Positions 42,108 through 50,711 are shown, counted from the stretch's first letter. The stretch is 64,000 nucleotides of DNA from Oscillospiraceae bacterium (GCA_009777055.1 WRMQ01000001.1:11141-75140); one strand, 5' to 3'. Notes: generated from the sequence alone by a model not told the origin. A program made the numbers and translations.

Positions 42108-42674
42108 ATGGCAAACGAAACCGCGGAAGAACGCGGCAAGCCAAAATTGCTGGGTTCCGTTTATGAATTGGCCGAAATCCTGGTCAGCGCCGTGCTGGCC
42201 ATCGCGGTGATGTTTTTGTTCCTGTTCCGTTTCGCGGGCGTGGTGGGCACCTCCATGACGCCCACGCTGCAGCACAAGGACTGGCTGGCCGTGGGCGCTT
42301 TCGCGCGCAGCCCCAAGCGGGGGGATATCATCATCATCGCGCAGCCCAACGACCACAACGAGCCTTTGGTTAAGCGCGTTATCGCCACCGGGGGCCAGGT
42401 CGTGGATATCGCGGAGGGCCGGGTGCTGGTGGACGGCGCGGTCATCGAGGAGCCCTACCTTCCTTCGGGTGTCGTCACCAGCAAGGCGCCGCCGTCCCAG
42501 GCCTCGGTGGAATTCCCCGTCACCGTGCCGGAGGGCTTCGTTTTCGTGATGGGCGATAACCGCGGCGGCTCCTCCGACAGCCGCTACAAAGAAGTAGGTT
42601 TTATCCAGGAAGATTATATTCTTGGAAAGGTCCATCTGCGGCTAGTGCCCTTCGGACAGTTTATAGTAAAATAG
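42108..42674 (+). CDS. lepB: Signal peptidase I (tandem paralogue)
   Basis: VGTSMTPTL, VKRVIATGGQ, GDNRGGSSDSR. Confidence 0.85.
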   Translation: MANETAEERGKPKLLGSVYELAEILVSAVLAIAVMFLFLFRFAGVVGTSMTPTLQHKDWLAVGAFARSPKRGDIIIIAQPNDHNEPLVKRVIATGGQVVDIAEGRVLVDGAVIEEPYLPSGVVTSKAPPSQASVEFPVTVPEGFVFVMGDNRGGSSDSRYKEVGFIQEDYILGKVHLRLVPFGQFIVK

Positions 42675-42696
42675 TAAAGTAGAGATTAAGAATCAA

Positions 42697-43674
42697 ATGC
42701 AAAACCAGTCAAATGGCGCGAAGCGGGGAGCCGCACCGCAGGTGCCGCAGGTGCAGTGGTTCCCCGGGCATATGGCCCGCACGCGGCGGCAGATTAAAGA
42801 GAGCCTGCCCCTGGTGGACGCCGTGGCGGAGCTGCGCGACGCCCGCGCCCCGGAAAGCAGCAGGAACCCTGAGCTGGACAAGCTCATCGGCGGCAAGCCG
42901 CGGATTGTCCTGTTGAACAAATGCGACCTGGCCGACCCAGGCGCCACCGCGTGCTGGCTGCGCCGTTTGCGGCGGGAGGGCTGCTTTGCCCTTGCCGTGG
43001 ACTGCCGCTCCGGCAAAGGCCTGCAGGAATTTCCCGCCGAAGTGCGCAAGGCTCTGGCGGCGCTTTTGCTTGCCCGGGAGGCCCGGGGCATGGCCGGCAA
43101 GTCCGTGCGCCTGATGGTGGTGGGCATCCCCAACACCGGCAAATCCTCCTTCATCAACCGCATGGCCGGGCGAAGCCGCGCCGAGGCGGCGGACAGGCCC
43201 GGCGTCACGCGGCGCAGCCAGTGGTTCGCGGCGGGCAGGATTCCGGACGGCAAGGGCGGCGGTATCACGCTGGAGCTCCTGGACACCCCCGGCGTGCTCT
43301 GGCCCAAGTTCGACGACCCCGCCGTGGGGGACCGGCTGGCCTTTCTGGGCTCCGTGAAGGAGGAGATACTGGACGGCGAGGCCCTGGCGCTTCGCCTGCT
43401 GGAAATCCTGCGGGACGCCTATCCCGCGCGCCTGCGCGAGCGCTACCGCCTGGCGGAGGACGAAGAGGCCCTCGCTTTATGGGAGCCCTGGCGGCTCCTC
43501 GAGCAAATCGCCCGGCGGCGCGGCATGCTGATATCCGGCGGCGAAGCGGATTTAGCGCGCGCGAGCAGTGCCCTGATGGACGACCTGCGCTCCGGAAAAT
43601 TGGGCAAAATCACATTTGACGCCTGCGGCGCGCCATCGCCCCGCGCGGCTGGCGGGGAAGCAGAAGGAGCCTGA
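42697..43674 (+). CDS. rbgA: Ribosome biogenesis GTPase A (YlqF/RbgA)
   Basis: VQWFPGHMARTRR, circularly permuted GTPase motifs LLNKCDL ... VVGIPNTGKSSFINR. Confidence 0.9.
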   Translation: MQNQSNGAKRGAAPQVPQVQWFPGHMARTRRQIKESLPLVDAVAELRDARAPESSRNPELDKLIGGKPRIVLLNKCDLADPGATACWLRRLRREGCFALAVDCRSGKGLQEFPAEVRKALAALLLAREARGMAGKSVRLMVVGIPNTGKSSFINRMAGRSRAEAADRPGVTRRSQWFAAGRIPDGKGGGITLELLDTPGVLWPKFDDPAVGDRLAFLGSVKEEILDGEALALRLLEILRDAYPARLRERYRLAEDEEALALWEPWRLLEQIARRRGMLISGGEADLARASSALMDDLRSGKLGKITFDACGAPSPRAAGGEAEGA

Positions 43675-43676
43675 TT

Positions 43677-45410
43677 ATGCCCATCTACGCCATTGCCGAC
43701 CCCCACCTGTCCTTTGGCAGCGCAAAGCCCATGGATCTCTTTCCGGGCTGGGAAAACCATGCCCGGCGGCTGGAAAAGCAGTGGCGCGCGGTGGTGGGCG
43801 GGGGCGACACCGTTGTGCTGCCGGGGGATATCTCCTGGGCGATGACCCTGGAGCAGGCCCTGCCGGACTTTCGTTTTTTGCACGAGCTGCCGGGCACGAA
43901 GGTGATCCTCAAGGGCAATCACGACTACTGGTGGAGCACCCGCAAAAAAATAGAGGATTTCTGGGCGCTGCATGGCCTTGATTCCCTGCGGCTGCTCCAC
44001 AACAACGCCATCCTGGTGGAGGACACGGCCATCTGCGGCAGCCGGGGCTGGTTTTTTGACTGCGGGGAGGCCGGGGACCAAAAGGTTTTGCGGAGGGAGG
44101 CCGGACGGCTGCGGGCCTCCATTCAAGCCGGAAAGAAGCTTTGCGGCAGCGTTACGGTGTTTCTGCACTATCCGCCCGTGTCTGTTGACCGCGTATGCGG
44201 GGAGATCTGTCAGGTGCTGGCGGAGGAGGGCGTGCCGCTGTGTTATTACGGCCACCTGCACGGCGACGCGCGGCGCTGGGCCTTTCAAGGCTCGCGGGAG
44301 GGCATTCATTTCGAATTGATTTCGGCGGACGCGCTGCGTTTTTGCCCGAAGCGCGTGCGGCCGCTCCCTCTGCGCGCGTGCAGGCTGAGCATCATTACCG
44401 CGTTCCTCAACGAGGAGGCGGGCCTTGCCGCCGCCGTGGACTCCGTGCTGGCCCAGAGCTGTCCGGATTGGGAGCTGATTCTGGTGGACGACGGTTCCAC
44501 GGACGGAAGCGGACGCGCCGCCGACGAATACGCCCGGCGGGACGCGCGGATCCGGGTGATCCATCAGCCCAACGGGGGCCTCAGCGCCGCGCGCAACGCC
44601 GGCATGGCTATCGCCCGGGGGGAATACATCGGCTTTCTCGACGCGGACGATACCCTGGACCCGGCTTTTGTACGGACGATGCTGGACGCCGCGCTTGTGG
44701 ATTCCCGGGCGATGGACGCCGTCCACGCGCCGCTGCGCCGCGTTCCGCTGGAGGGTCCGGTCATGGAAGCCGCCCCTCCGCCGGAGCAGCTGGGCGTGCT
44801 GAGGCACGAGGACATTCTCCAGCTCGCGCTGCGGATGCAGGAGAACTCCTTCTTCATCTACAGCTGCCGCAGCGTCTTCCGCCGCGCTTTTTTGGAGGCT
44901 CACGGGCTCCGCTTCCGGGAGGAGCTGCGTTTTGCCGAGGACGGGCCCTTTCAATTGGAGGCCTTCTGTCTCGCGGAGCGAGTGCACGCCATCGCGCAGG
45001 CGCATTACAACTACCGCGAAAAGCCCGGCAGCATGACGAACGCCTTCTGGCGGCGCACCGACGCCCTGGAACGCTTCGAGGCCCTTGACAGCGCAAAAAA
45101 AGAGCTGCTCGCGCGTTTTATCACAGAGCCCGCGCGGCTGGAGGCCGCGCAGCGCTCCTACGCGCTGTATGGGCTGCGGGTGTTCATGCCGCTGCTGCTG
45201 CGCGGGGCGGCGGAAAATGGCCTGACATATGTGGGAGTGCGGAAAATCCTGTCCTCCGGCTTTGCGCGCTTTTTTTATGCCAACTGCGGCATCCGTTCCC
45301 ATGTGAACCGCCGCGCGCTGGATTGGCTGGTCTATTGGCTGGCGGCGCGCAGGCTCTATTTTCCGGCCTGGTTCATCTGCAAATATATTTGGTTCCGGAA
45401 TAAAAAATAA
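43677..45410 (+). CDS. Fusion protein: N-terminal metallophosphoesterase + C-terminal family 2 glycosyltransferase
   Basis: N-terminal part: IADPHLSF, LPGDISW, GNHDYWW. C-terminal part: LSIITAFLNEE...LILVDDGSTDGS...GGLSAARNAG...FLDADD. Single uninterrupted frame. Confidence 0.75.
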   Translation: MPIYAIADPHLSFGSAKPMDLFPGWENHARRLEKQWRAVVGGGDTVVLPGDISWAMTLEQALPDFRFLHELPGTKVILKGNHDYWWSTRKKIEDFWALHGLDSLRLLHNNAILVEDTAICGSRGWFFDCGEAGDQKVLRREAGRLRASIQAGKKLCGSVTVFLHYPPVSVDRVCGEICQVLAEEGVPLCYYGHLHGDARRWAFQGSREGIHFELISADALRFCPKRVRPLPLRACRLSIITAFLNEEAGLAAAVDSVLAQSCPDWELILVDDGSTDGSGRAADEYARRDARIRVIHQPNGGLSAARNAGMAIARGEYIGFLDADDTLDPAFVRTMLDAALVDSRAMDAVHAPLRRVPLEGPVMEAAPPPEQLGVLRHEDILQLALRMQENSFFIYSCRSVFRRAFLEAHGLRFREELRFAEDGPFQLEAFCLAERVHAIAQAHYNYREKPGSMTNAFWRRTDALERFEALDSAKKELLARFITEPARLEAAQRSYALYGLRVFMPLLLRGAAENGLTYVGVRKILSSGFARFFYANCGIRSHVNRRALDWLVYWLAARRLYFPAWFICKYIWFRNKK

Positions 45411-45473
45411 TTCTTGTGCTTTTTCGCTGAAACAGGTATAATAGAATTAGACATACAGAGGAGGTTGATTGGC

Positions 45474-45617
45474 ATGACCGCTTTTCTCATGGAGCATTGG
45501 ATGCCCCTGGCCGGCATTGGGCTGGGCTTTGTTTCGCTGATCCTGTCCATTGTCGCGCTGGCGCGTTCCGGCAGCGGCGCCCCCAAGCGCCGCAAAACAT
45601 ATAATTCCTATTTTTAG
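45474..45617 (+). CDS. Small membrane protein (47 aa)
   Basis: GGAGGAGG RBS 8 nt before the ATG. Promoter-like TTGTGC-17-TATAAT upstream. One TM helix plus a basic tail. Confidence 0.5.
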   Translation: MTAFLMEHWMPLAGIGLGFVSLILSIVALARSGSGAPKRRKTYNSYF

Positions 45618-45642
45618 CCGCGTTGAAAATTTTTCACAAAGA

Positions 45643-45669
45643 CCCGGGTGGCTTGCCAGCCACCCCTAC
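45643..45669 (-). repeat. Single REP-like unit (GTAGGGG + hairpin)
   Basis: Reverse strand reads GTAGGGGTGGCTGGCAAGCCACCCGGG. The stem is GGGTGGCT/AGCCACCC. Confidence 0.5.
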
Positions 45670-45700
45670 AGGCCGCGAGATTCTTATGTGAGGTGAAAGA

Positions 45701-46024
45701 ATGAAGCTGCTCATCGCGATTGTCAACAAAGACGACAGCCCCGGCGTGCTGGATCAGCTGGCGGCGCAGAACCTGCCCGTGACGCGCCTTTCCACCACCG
45801 GCGGTTTTCTGCGCGCGGGCAATGATACCCTGCTGCTGGGCCTGGAGGATGAGCGCGTGCCCGAGGTCCTCGCGCTGCTGCGGGAATGCTGCAGTGTGCG
45901 CAGGCAGCTCGTCGACGTGCAGCAGGCCCCCTTCCTGAGCACGCTCCTGCACGCGCCGGTGGAGGTCACCGTGGGCGGCGCGACCGTGTTCGTGCTGGAT
46001 GTGGAGCAATTTCATAAAATATAG
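45701..46024 (+). CDS. darA: Cyclic-di-AMP receptor DarA (YaaQ/PstA family)
   Basis: MKLLIAIVNKDDS...VTRLSTTGGFLRAGNDTLL...VGGATVFVLDVEQFHKI closely parallels B. subtilis YaaQ. Confidence 0.85.
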   Translation: MKLLIAIVNKDDSPGVLDQLAAQNLPVTRLSTTGGFLRAGNDTLLLGLEDERVPEVLALLRECCSVRRQLVDVQQAPFLSTLLHAPVEVTVGGATVFVLDVEQFHKI

Positions 46025-46033
46025 GTGACAGCT

Positions 46034-46954
46034 ATGTCTTTTTCCATCGCATCGCCCGCCCTTGCGCCGGCAGCCGCTTTGCTGTGCGCCATGCTGGAGA
46101 CGGATTCCGTGCCACACGCGCTGCTGATCGAGGGCGGCGCCTCCGCCGGGCGGAAGGAAGCGGCCCTCGCTCTGGCCAGGATTTTGCTCTGTGCCGCGCC
46201 GCGTTCCGCCGCGCCGGAAGCGGACGATGAGGCATCCATGTTCGGCGGCATGTCGCTGTTCGGCGGGCCGGAGGAAGCGCGGGAGCCGGAGCCCAACCAA
46301 ACACTGCCCTGCGGGGAATGCGCCCACTGCGTCAAAAGCGCGGCGGCGCACCCCGATTTTCGGCTTATCGAAGGCGGAACCGGCGCGAAAAGCTTTCACA
46401 TCGACGCCATCCGTGCCCTGCGGCAGGACGCCTATGTGCTGCCCAACGAGGCGGAGCGCAAGGTCTGCGTGCTCCACAACGCCCAGTCCATGACCACAGA
46501 GGCGCAAAACGCCCTCCTGAAGCTGCTGGAGGAGCCGCCCTCCCACGCCTGCCTGATTCTGACGGTACCGGCGCGGCGCATGCTGCTGCCTACGGTGCTT
46601 TCCCGGGCAACGGCGATTTCCCTTGGCGAGGCGGTGGAGGAGGCCCCCGATCCGGAGCGCGGGGCGCTCATACAGCGGCACGCGGAGGCCATCGCGGAGG
46701 CGATGCTGCGCCGCGGCGACGACTTCGCGCTGCTGGAGGCCACCGCCCCGCTGGAAGCCGAAAAGGGTCTGGCCCGGGAGGTTTTGCCCGCGCTGCGCCG
46801 CGCGCTGCACAAGCGGCTGACAGCCCCGGAGGAGGATCCGGAGCGCGTCATACGCTTGATTGACGGCATAAAAGAGCTGGAATTTTCCATAGAACGCAAC
46901 GCGAACAACAATCTGCTGCTGACAAGATTGGCGGCGAAAGGACTGGAGTCATAA
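46034..46954 (+). CDS. holB: DNA polymerase III delta-prime subunit
   Basis: PHALLIEG, Zn module CGECAHC, and a clamp-loader-like SRA motif (VLSRAT). Synteny darA-holB-ricT. Confidence 0.8.
   Translation: MSFSIASPALAPAAALLCAMLETDSVPHALLIEGGASAGRKEAALALARILLCAAPRSAAPEADDEASMFGGMSLFGGPEEAREPEPNQTLPCGECAHCVKSAAAHPDFRLIEGGTGAKSFHIDAIRALRQDAYVLPNEAERKVCVLHNAQSMTTEAQNALLKLLEEPPSHACLILTVPARRMLLPTVLSRATAISLGEAVEEAPDPERGALIQRHAEAIAEAMLRRGDDFALLEATAPLEAEKGLAREVLPALRRALHKRLTAPEEDPERVIRLIDGIKELEFSIERNANNNLLLTRLAAKGLES
46888..46942 (+). repeat. 55-bp direct repeat, copy 1 (inside holB 3' end)
   Basis: CATAGAACGCAACGCGAACAACAATCTGCTGCTGACAAGATTGGCGGCGAAAGGA is identical to 47467-47521. Confidence 0.9.
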
Positions 46955-47466
46955 TCCATTCTTTGGCACACGTTTGATATTTGCCCCGGCGTGCCAAAGG
47001 CGCGCCCTACCCAAGTTCGGCCAAAGGCCGTTGCCGGAAGGTGCTTTATGATATTTAGCGATGAGCTGCCAAGCAGAAAAGTGAATCGGGTGGATGCGGA
47101 TGATTACAGAAAAAGCGGACGCATCAGTTGTTGTAGACGCGTTTGTCGTGATGCCCAATCATGTGCATCTTCTTATCCTGATGTTGGATGACCATGAAAA
47201 TCCGCACCTCAGCCGTATTATACAGCAATGGAAGGGTTCAATATCCAAAAAAGCCGGTTTTCCGCTTTGGCAGCATAGGTTTCATGATCGTCTGATGCGC
47301 CGCGCGGACGAATACAGAAAAGCTAAGAATTATATCAGAAGTAATCCGGAAAGATGGAAGGGAGACTGCTTTTTCATATCGGAACAGGAACGGCCTTTGG
47401 CCGAACTTGGGTAGGGCGCGCCTTTGGCACGCCGGGACAAGAACAGTTCATTGCACATCGTTTATT
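46943..47466. mobile_element. RAYT/REP-type insertion: 48-bp perfect terminal inverted repeats around a truncated Y1-transposase gene
   Basis: IR-L 46985-47032 and IR-R 47389-47436 are exact reverse complements. Each contains GTAGGG next to a GC hairpin. The element is bracketed by the 55-bp direct repeats. Confidence 0.75.
47094..47414 (+). pseudogene. N-terminally truncated REP-associated tyrosine transposase (IS200/Y1 HUH family)
   Basis: HUH motif in DAFVVMPNHVHLLILM and Tyr motif in RKAKNYIRSNPERW. An in-frame TGA at 47082-47084 leaves only about 20 residues before HUH. Confidence 0.65.
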
Positions 47467-47521
47467 CATAGAACGCAACGCGAACAACAATCTGCTGCTG
47501 ACAAGATTGGCGGCGAAAGGA
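47467..47521 (+). repeat. 55-bp direct repeat, copy 2 (probable ancestral holB 3' end)
   Basis: Identical to 46888-46942. In the holB frame it would read IERNANNNLLLTRLAAKGF-stop. Confidence 0.9.
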
Positions 47522-47524
47522 TTT

Positions 47525-47607
47525 TAGATTTTAGACGTCAGACTTTAGACATTAGATGCTTGTTGGGCAGCAAAGTCTAAAGTCTAAAGTCTAAAGTCTA
47601 AAATCTA
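47525..47607 (+). repeat. Heptanucleotide array (AAGTCTA x4 + AAATCTA) forming a long hairpin with an upstream complement, abutting the ricT SD
   Basis: Array at 47573-47607. TAGATTTTAGAC (47525-36) pairs with GTCTAAAATCTA (47596-607), and GACTTTAGAC (47541-50) pairs with GTCTAAAGTC. SD GAAAGGA follows at 47608. Confidence 0.85.
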
Positions 47608-47620
47608 GAAAGGAAACTGC

Positions 47621-49024
47621 ATGGCAACAGTAATCGGCGTCCGGTTCCGTGAGGTGGGACGCGTCTATCATTTTGATCCGGGAGAAGCGCAGGTTAAAAA
47701 GGGGGACCGCGTGATCGTTGAAACCGCGCGGGGCGTGGAATGCGGCGAGGTGATCCAGGAGAATACCGAAATCCCCGATGAGCAGGTCACCCGTCCGCTG
47801 AAAATGATGATCCGCGTGGCCGGCCCGGAGGACCTGCAGGCCCTGGAAAACAAGGCCCAAAAAGAGGCCGAGGCGTTTCGCGTATGCGAGGGGAAGATCG
47901 CGCAGCACGGCCTGGACATGAAGCTGGTCAATGTGGAATACACCTTCGACGCCAGCAAAATCGTCTTTCATTTCACAGCGGATCAGCGCGTGGATTTTCG
48001 CGCGCTGGTGCGGGATCTGGCCGGGGTGTTCCGTACGCGCATTGAGCTGCGGCAAATCGGCGTGCGCGACGAGGCCAAGCTCCTGGGCGGGCTGGGCATT
48101 TGCGGCAGACCCTTCTGCTGCAGCCTTTTTATGGGAGACTTTCATCCCGTATCGATCAAGATGGCGAAGGAGCAGAATTTGTCGCTGAATCCCACGAAAA
48201 TCAGCGGCACCTGCGGCCGCTTGATGTGCTGCCTCAAGTATGAGGAGGCGGCGTATGAGGACGCGCTCAAGGCCCTGCCCAAGGTGGGAAGCTGCGTGGA
48301 AACCCCGGAGGGCCGCGGCGTGGTCACGGAGGTCAACGCCGTGTCCGAGATGATCAAGGTGCGGCTGGACCGCCGCGCGGAGGCGGCGCCGCAGCTGTTT
48401 CACTTTGACCGCGAGAAGGGCGTGGAGCGCAAAGCGCCGAATCCCGCGGCCAGTGAGTTCGGCATACTGCGCGGCTCCATGGGCCGCCTGGGCCTGGAGG
48501 ATCCTTCCATGGAGATAGAGGACACCATCGCGGATGAGGCCGACAGGCCCTCGCCGCAGCAGCAGGGGAATGCGCAGCAGCAAAAGCCCAATTGGCGCGA
48601 ACGGCATACGCCGCGCAACAAGCGCGAGCAGCGCCCGCAGCAGCAGGGCGGCGGCCATCCCGGCAAGAATGAGCCCCGCAAGCAGCATCCGCAGAATTCG
48701 CAGCGAAAGCCTCAGCAGCAGCAAAACGCCCAGCAGCAGCAAAAGAACCAGCCGCCGCGGCAAAATCACCAGCCGAAGCAGCAGGCTCAGCCGAAGCAGC
48801 AGCAGGCCCAGCGCCCGGCGGCGCAGGATGCCAAGAATCTGCCGCGCTACGGCGAGGTGCCGCGTTACGACGACGCCATGGCGCCCCGCCGCGCGACGGC
48901 ACAGCCCAGCAACAAGGAGCAAAAAGAAGGGCAGGGCCGTCACCGCAAGCCGCCGTGGCAAAAGCACAGAACAAACCAAAAGCAGCCGCGCGGCCAGCGC
49001 CCCCCACAGGAGAAGGACGGATAA
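47621..49024 (+). CDS. ricT: PSP1-domain protein RicT/YaaT with a long Q/P/K-rich C-terminal tail
   Basis: MATVIGVRFREVGRVYHFDP..., PSP1 core with CCSLFMGDF...CGRLMCCLKYE. About 170 low-complexity residues at the C-terminus. Confidence 0.85.
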   Translation: MATVIGVRFREVGRVYHFDPGEAQVKKGDRVIVETARGVECGEVIQENTEIPDEQVTRPLKMMIRVAGPEDLQALENKAQKEAEAFRVCEGKIAQHGLDMKLVNVEYTFDASKIVFHFTADQRVDFRALVRDLAGVFRTRIELRQIGVRDEAKLLGGLGICGRPFCCSLFMGDFHPVSIKMAKEQNLSLNPTKISGTCGRLMCCLKYEEAAYEDALKALPKVGSCVETPEGRGVVTEVNAVSEMIKVRLDRRAEAAPQLFHFDREKGVERKAPNPAASEFGILRGSMGRLGLEDPSMEIEDTIADEADRPSPQQQGNAQQQKPNWRERHTPRNKREQRPQQQGGGHPGKNEPRKQHPQNSQRKPQQQQNAQQQQKNQPPRQNHQPKQQAQPKQQQAQRPAAQDAKNLPRYGEVPRYDDAMAPRRATAQPSNKEQKEGQGRHRKPPWQKHRTNQKQPRGQRPPQEKDG

Positions 49025-49063
49025 CGCGCCGCAGGTATACAAAATTTGGCGATCCGTAGGGAT

Positions 49064-49141
49064 GTAGGGGTTCAAAAATTTGAACCCTCGAATACCAGCT
49101 TTTGTAAATTATCGCATGGGTTCAAATTTTTGAACCCCTAC
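49064..49141. repeat. REPIN-like inverted doublet (GTAGGGG + AT-rich hairpin)
   Basis: GTAGGGGTTCAAAAATTTGAACCC (49064-87) and its exact reverse complement (49118-41). Confidence 0.75.
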
Positions 49142-49284
49142 CCAACCCAATACGTTCCCGCAGGTGTGAACGATTTGTAAATCCTGCTCCGGCATCTTGA
49201 TTTTTCAAAAGGCCTGTGCTACAATACAACAAACCCGCACCAATAACCTGCACAAATAACCTGCGAGGAAGGAGGAAATCAAAC

Positions 49285-49455
49285 ATGGCTTATGTGATCA
49301 ATGGCGACTGCATTTCCTGCGGCGCGTGCGAAGCGGAATGCCCGGTGGAAGCCATCCGCGCCGGGGACGAGCTCTACATCATCGACCCCGACCTGTGCAT
49401 TGACTGTGGCGCCTGCGTGGCGGTTTGTCCCGTGGCCGCGCCGGTTCCGGCGTGA
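49285..49455 (+). CDS. 2x[4Fe-4S] ferredoxin
   Basis: CISCGACEAECP and CIDCGACVAVCP. GGAAGGAGG RBS. Promoter-like TTGATT-17-TACAAT at 49197-49225. Confidence 0.9.
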   Translation: MAYVINGDCISCGACEAECPVEAIRAGDELYIIDPDLCIDCGACVAVCPVAAPVPA

Positions 49456-49468
49456 ATTCAAGCTATAA

Positions 49469-49500
49469 AACAGCGTCCGCTTGCGCGGGCGTTGTTTTTT
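49469..49500 (+). terminator. Rho-independent terminator
   Basis: 12-bp stem AACAGCGTCCGC/GCGGGCGTTGTT, loop TTGC, then a T-run. Confidence 0.75.
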
Positions 49501-49567
49501 GCGTCTTGCTATTTTTTGCGCTATCATGTATAATATCAAGCGAGGATACAAGAATGGGGGAAAGTAT

Positions 49568-50314
49568 ATGTCACTGGTTATTTCGCACCGGGGCGCGAAC
49601 CGCGAAGCGCCGGAAAACACCCTGCCCGCCTACGAGCGCGCGCTGGCTTACGGCGTGGACGGCTTTGAAACGGATGTGCACCTCACGAGAGACGGCCGCC
49701 TGGTGGTCTGCCACGACGACACGGTCGACCGCACCTCCAACGGCTGCGGGCGCATTATGGACCACAGCCTGGAGGAGCTGCGCGGGCTGGACTTCGGCGC
49801 CTGGTTTTCACCCGATTTCGCGGGCACGAAAATCCCGACCCTGGAGGAGTGGTTCGCCCTGTGCGATCCGCTGAAGATCATCAATGTGGAGCTCAAGCAG
49901 GCGCCCGACGGCTCCACGGAAAGCGCCGCCGCCGTGATCCGCATGGCAAAGGAGCGCCGGCTTTTTGACAGGCTGATCATCTCAAGCTTTGACCTGGAGA
50001 TGCTCCTGGCCTGCAAGCGCGAGGATCCCGGCACGCGGGTGGCTATGCTCTATCAGGTGATGTCGCCCCTGTGCGGCGAGATCTGCGACGACCTGGCCGC
50101 CTTCGCGAAGAAGTATGATCTGGACGCCTACCACCCGCTGGTGCTGTTTATCGACCGGGATTACGTGGAGGAATGCCATAATATCGGCCTGATGGTAAAC
50201 CCCTGGGTGGTGAACCAGGAGCACGGCCTCATTCTTGCGCGGGACTGGGGCTGCGACGCCGTGATCACCGACGTGCCGGAGCTGGCCGTGAGGATCAACC
50301 ATGGCGGCGGATAA
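49568..50314 (+). CDS. Glycerophosphodiester phosphodiesterase
   Basis: ISHRGANREAPENTLPAY...GFETDVHLTRDGRLVVCHDDTVDRTSNG. Promoter-like TTGCTA-17-TATAAT at 49506-49534. Confidence 0.85.
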   Translation: MSLVISHRGANREAPENTLPAYERALAYGVDGFETDVHLTRDGRLVVCHDDTVDRTSNGCGRIMDHSLEELRGLDFGAWFSPDFAGTKIPTLEEWFALCDPLKIINVELKQAPDGSTESAAAVIRMAKERRLFDRLIISSFDLEMLLACKREDPGTRVAMLYQVMSPLCGEICDDLAAFAKKYDLDAYHPLVLFIDRDYVEECHNIGLMVNPWVVNQEHGLILARDWGCDAVITDVPELAVRINHGGG

Positions 50315-50660
50315 AAAGCGCGCCGGGGATTTTGGCGAGAACTATGCCGCGCGTTATCTGGAGGCCCTGGGATATGGTATTATCGCGCGGAATTACCGCA
50401 GCCGCTTCGGCGAAATTGACCTGATCGCGGAGAACGACCGCTTTCTTCTGTTTGTTGAGGTAAAAACGCGCCGGCGCGGCGCCATGGTGCGCGGCGAAGA
50501 GGCCGTGGACGCCCGCAAGCAGGAGAAGCTGCGCCTTACGGCGGAATACTATCTTTCGCGGGAAGAGACCCGCCTGCAGCCACGCTTTGACGTGATCTGC
50601 ATCGAGCTCTGGCCAAACGGAGCTGTATATAACGTAAATCATTATGAAAACGCGTTTTAA
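50301..50660 (+). CDS. YraN family endonuclease (UPF0102)
   Basis: GENYAARYLEALGYGIIARNYRSRFGEIDLIA...LLFVEVKTRR. Confidence 0.8.
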   Translation: MAADKKRAGDFGENYAARYLEALGYGIIARNYRSRFGEIDLIAENDRFLLFVEVKTRRRGAMVRGEEAVDARKQEKLRLTAEYYLSREETRLQPRFDVICIELWPNGAVYNVNHYENAF

Positions 50661-50711
50661 TTCGCTTCGCGCGTTTTTTATGTTAAAGCGCTTTTTTTAA
50701 ATGGAGAAGCA

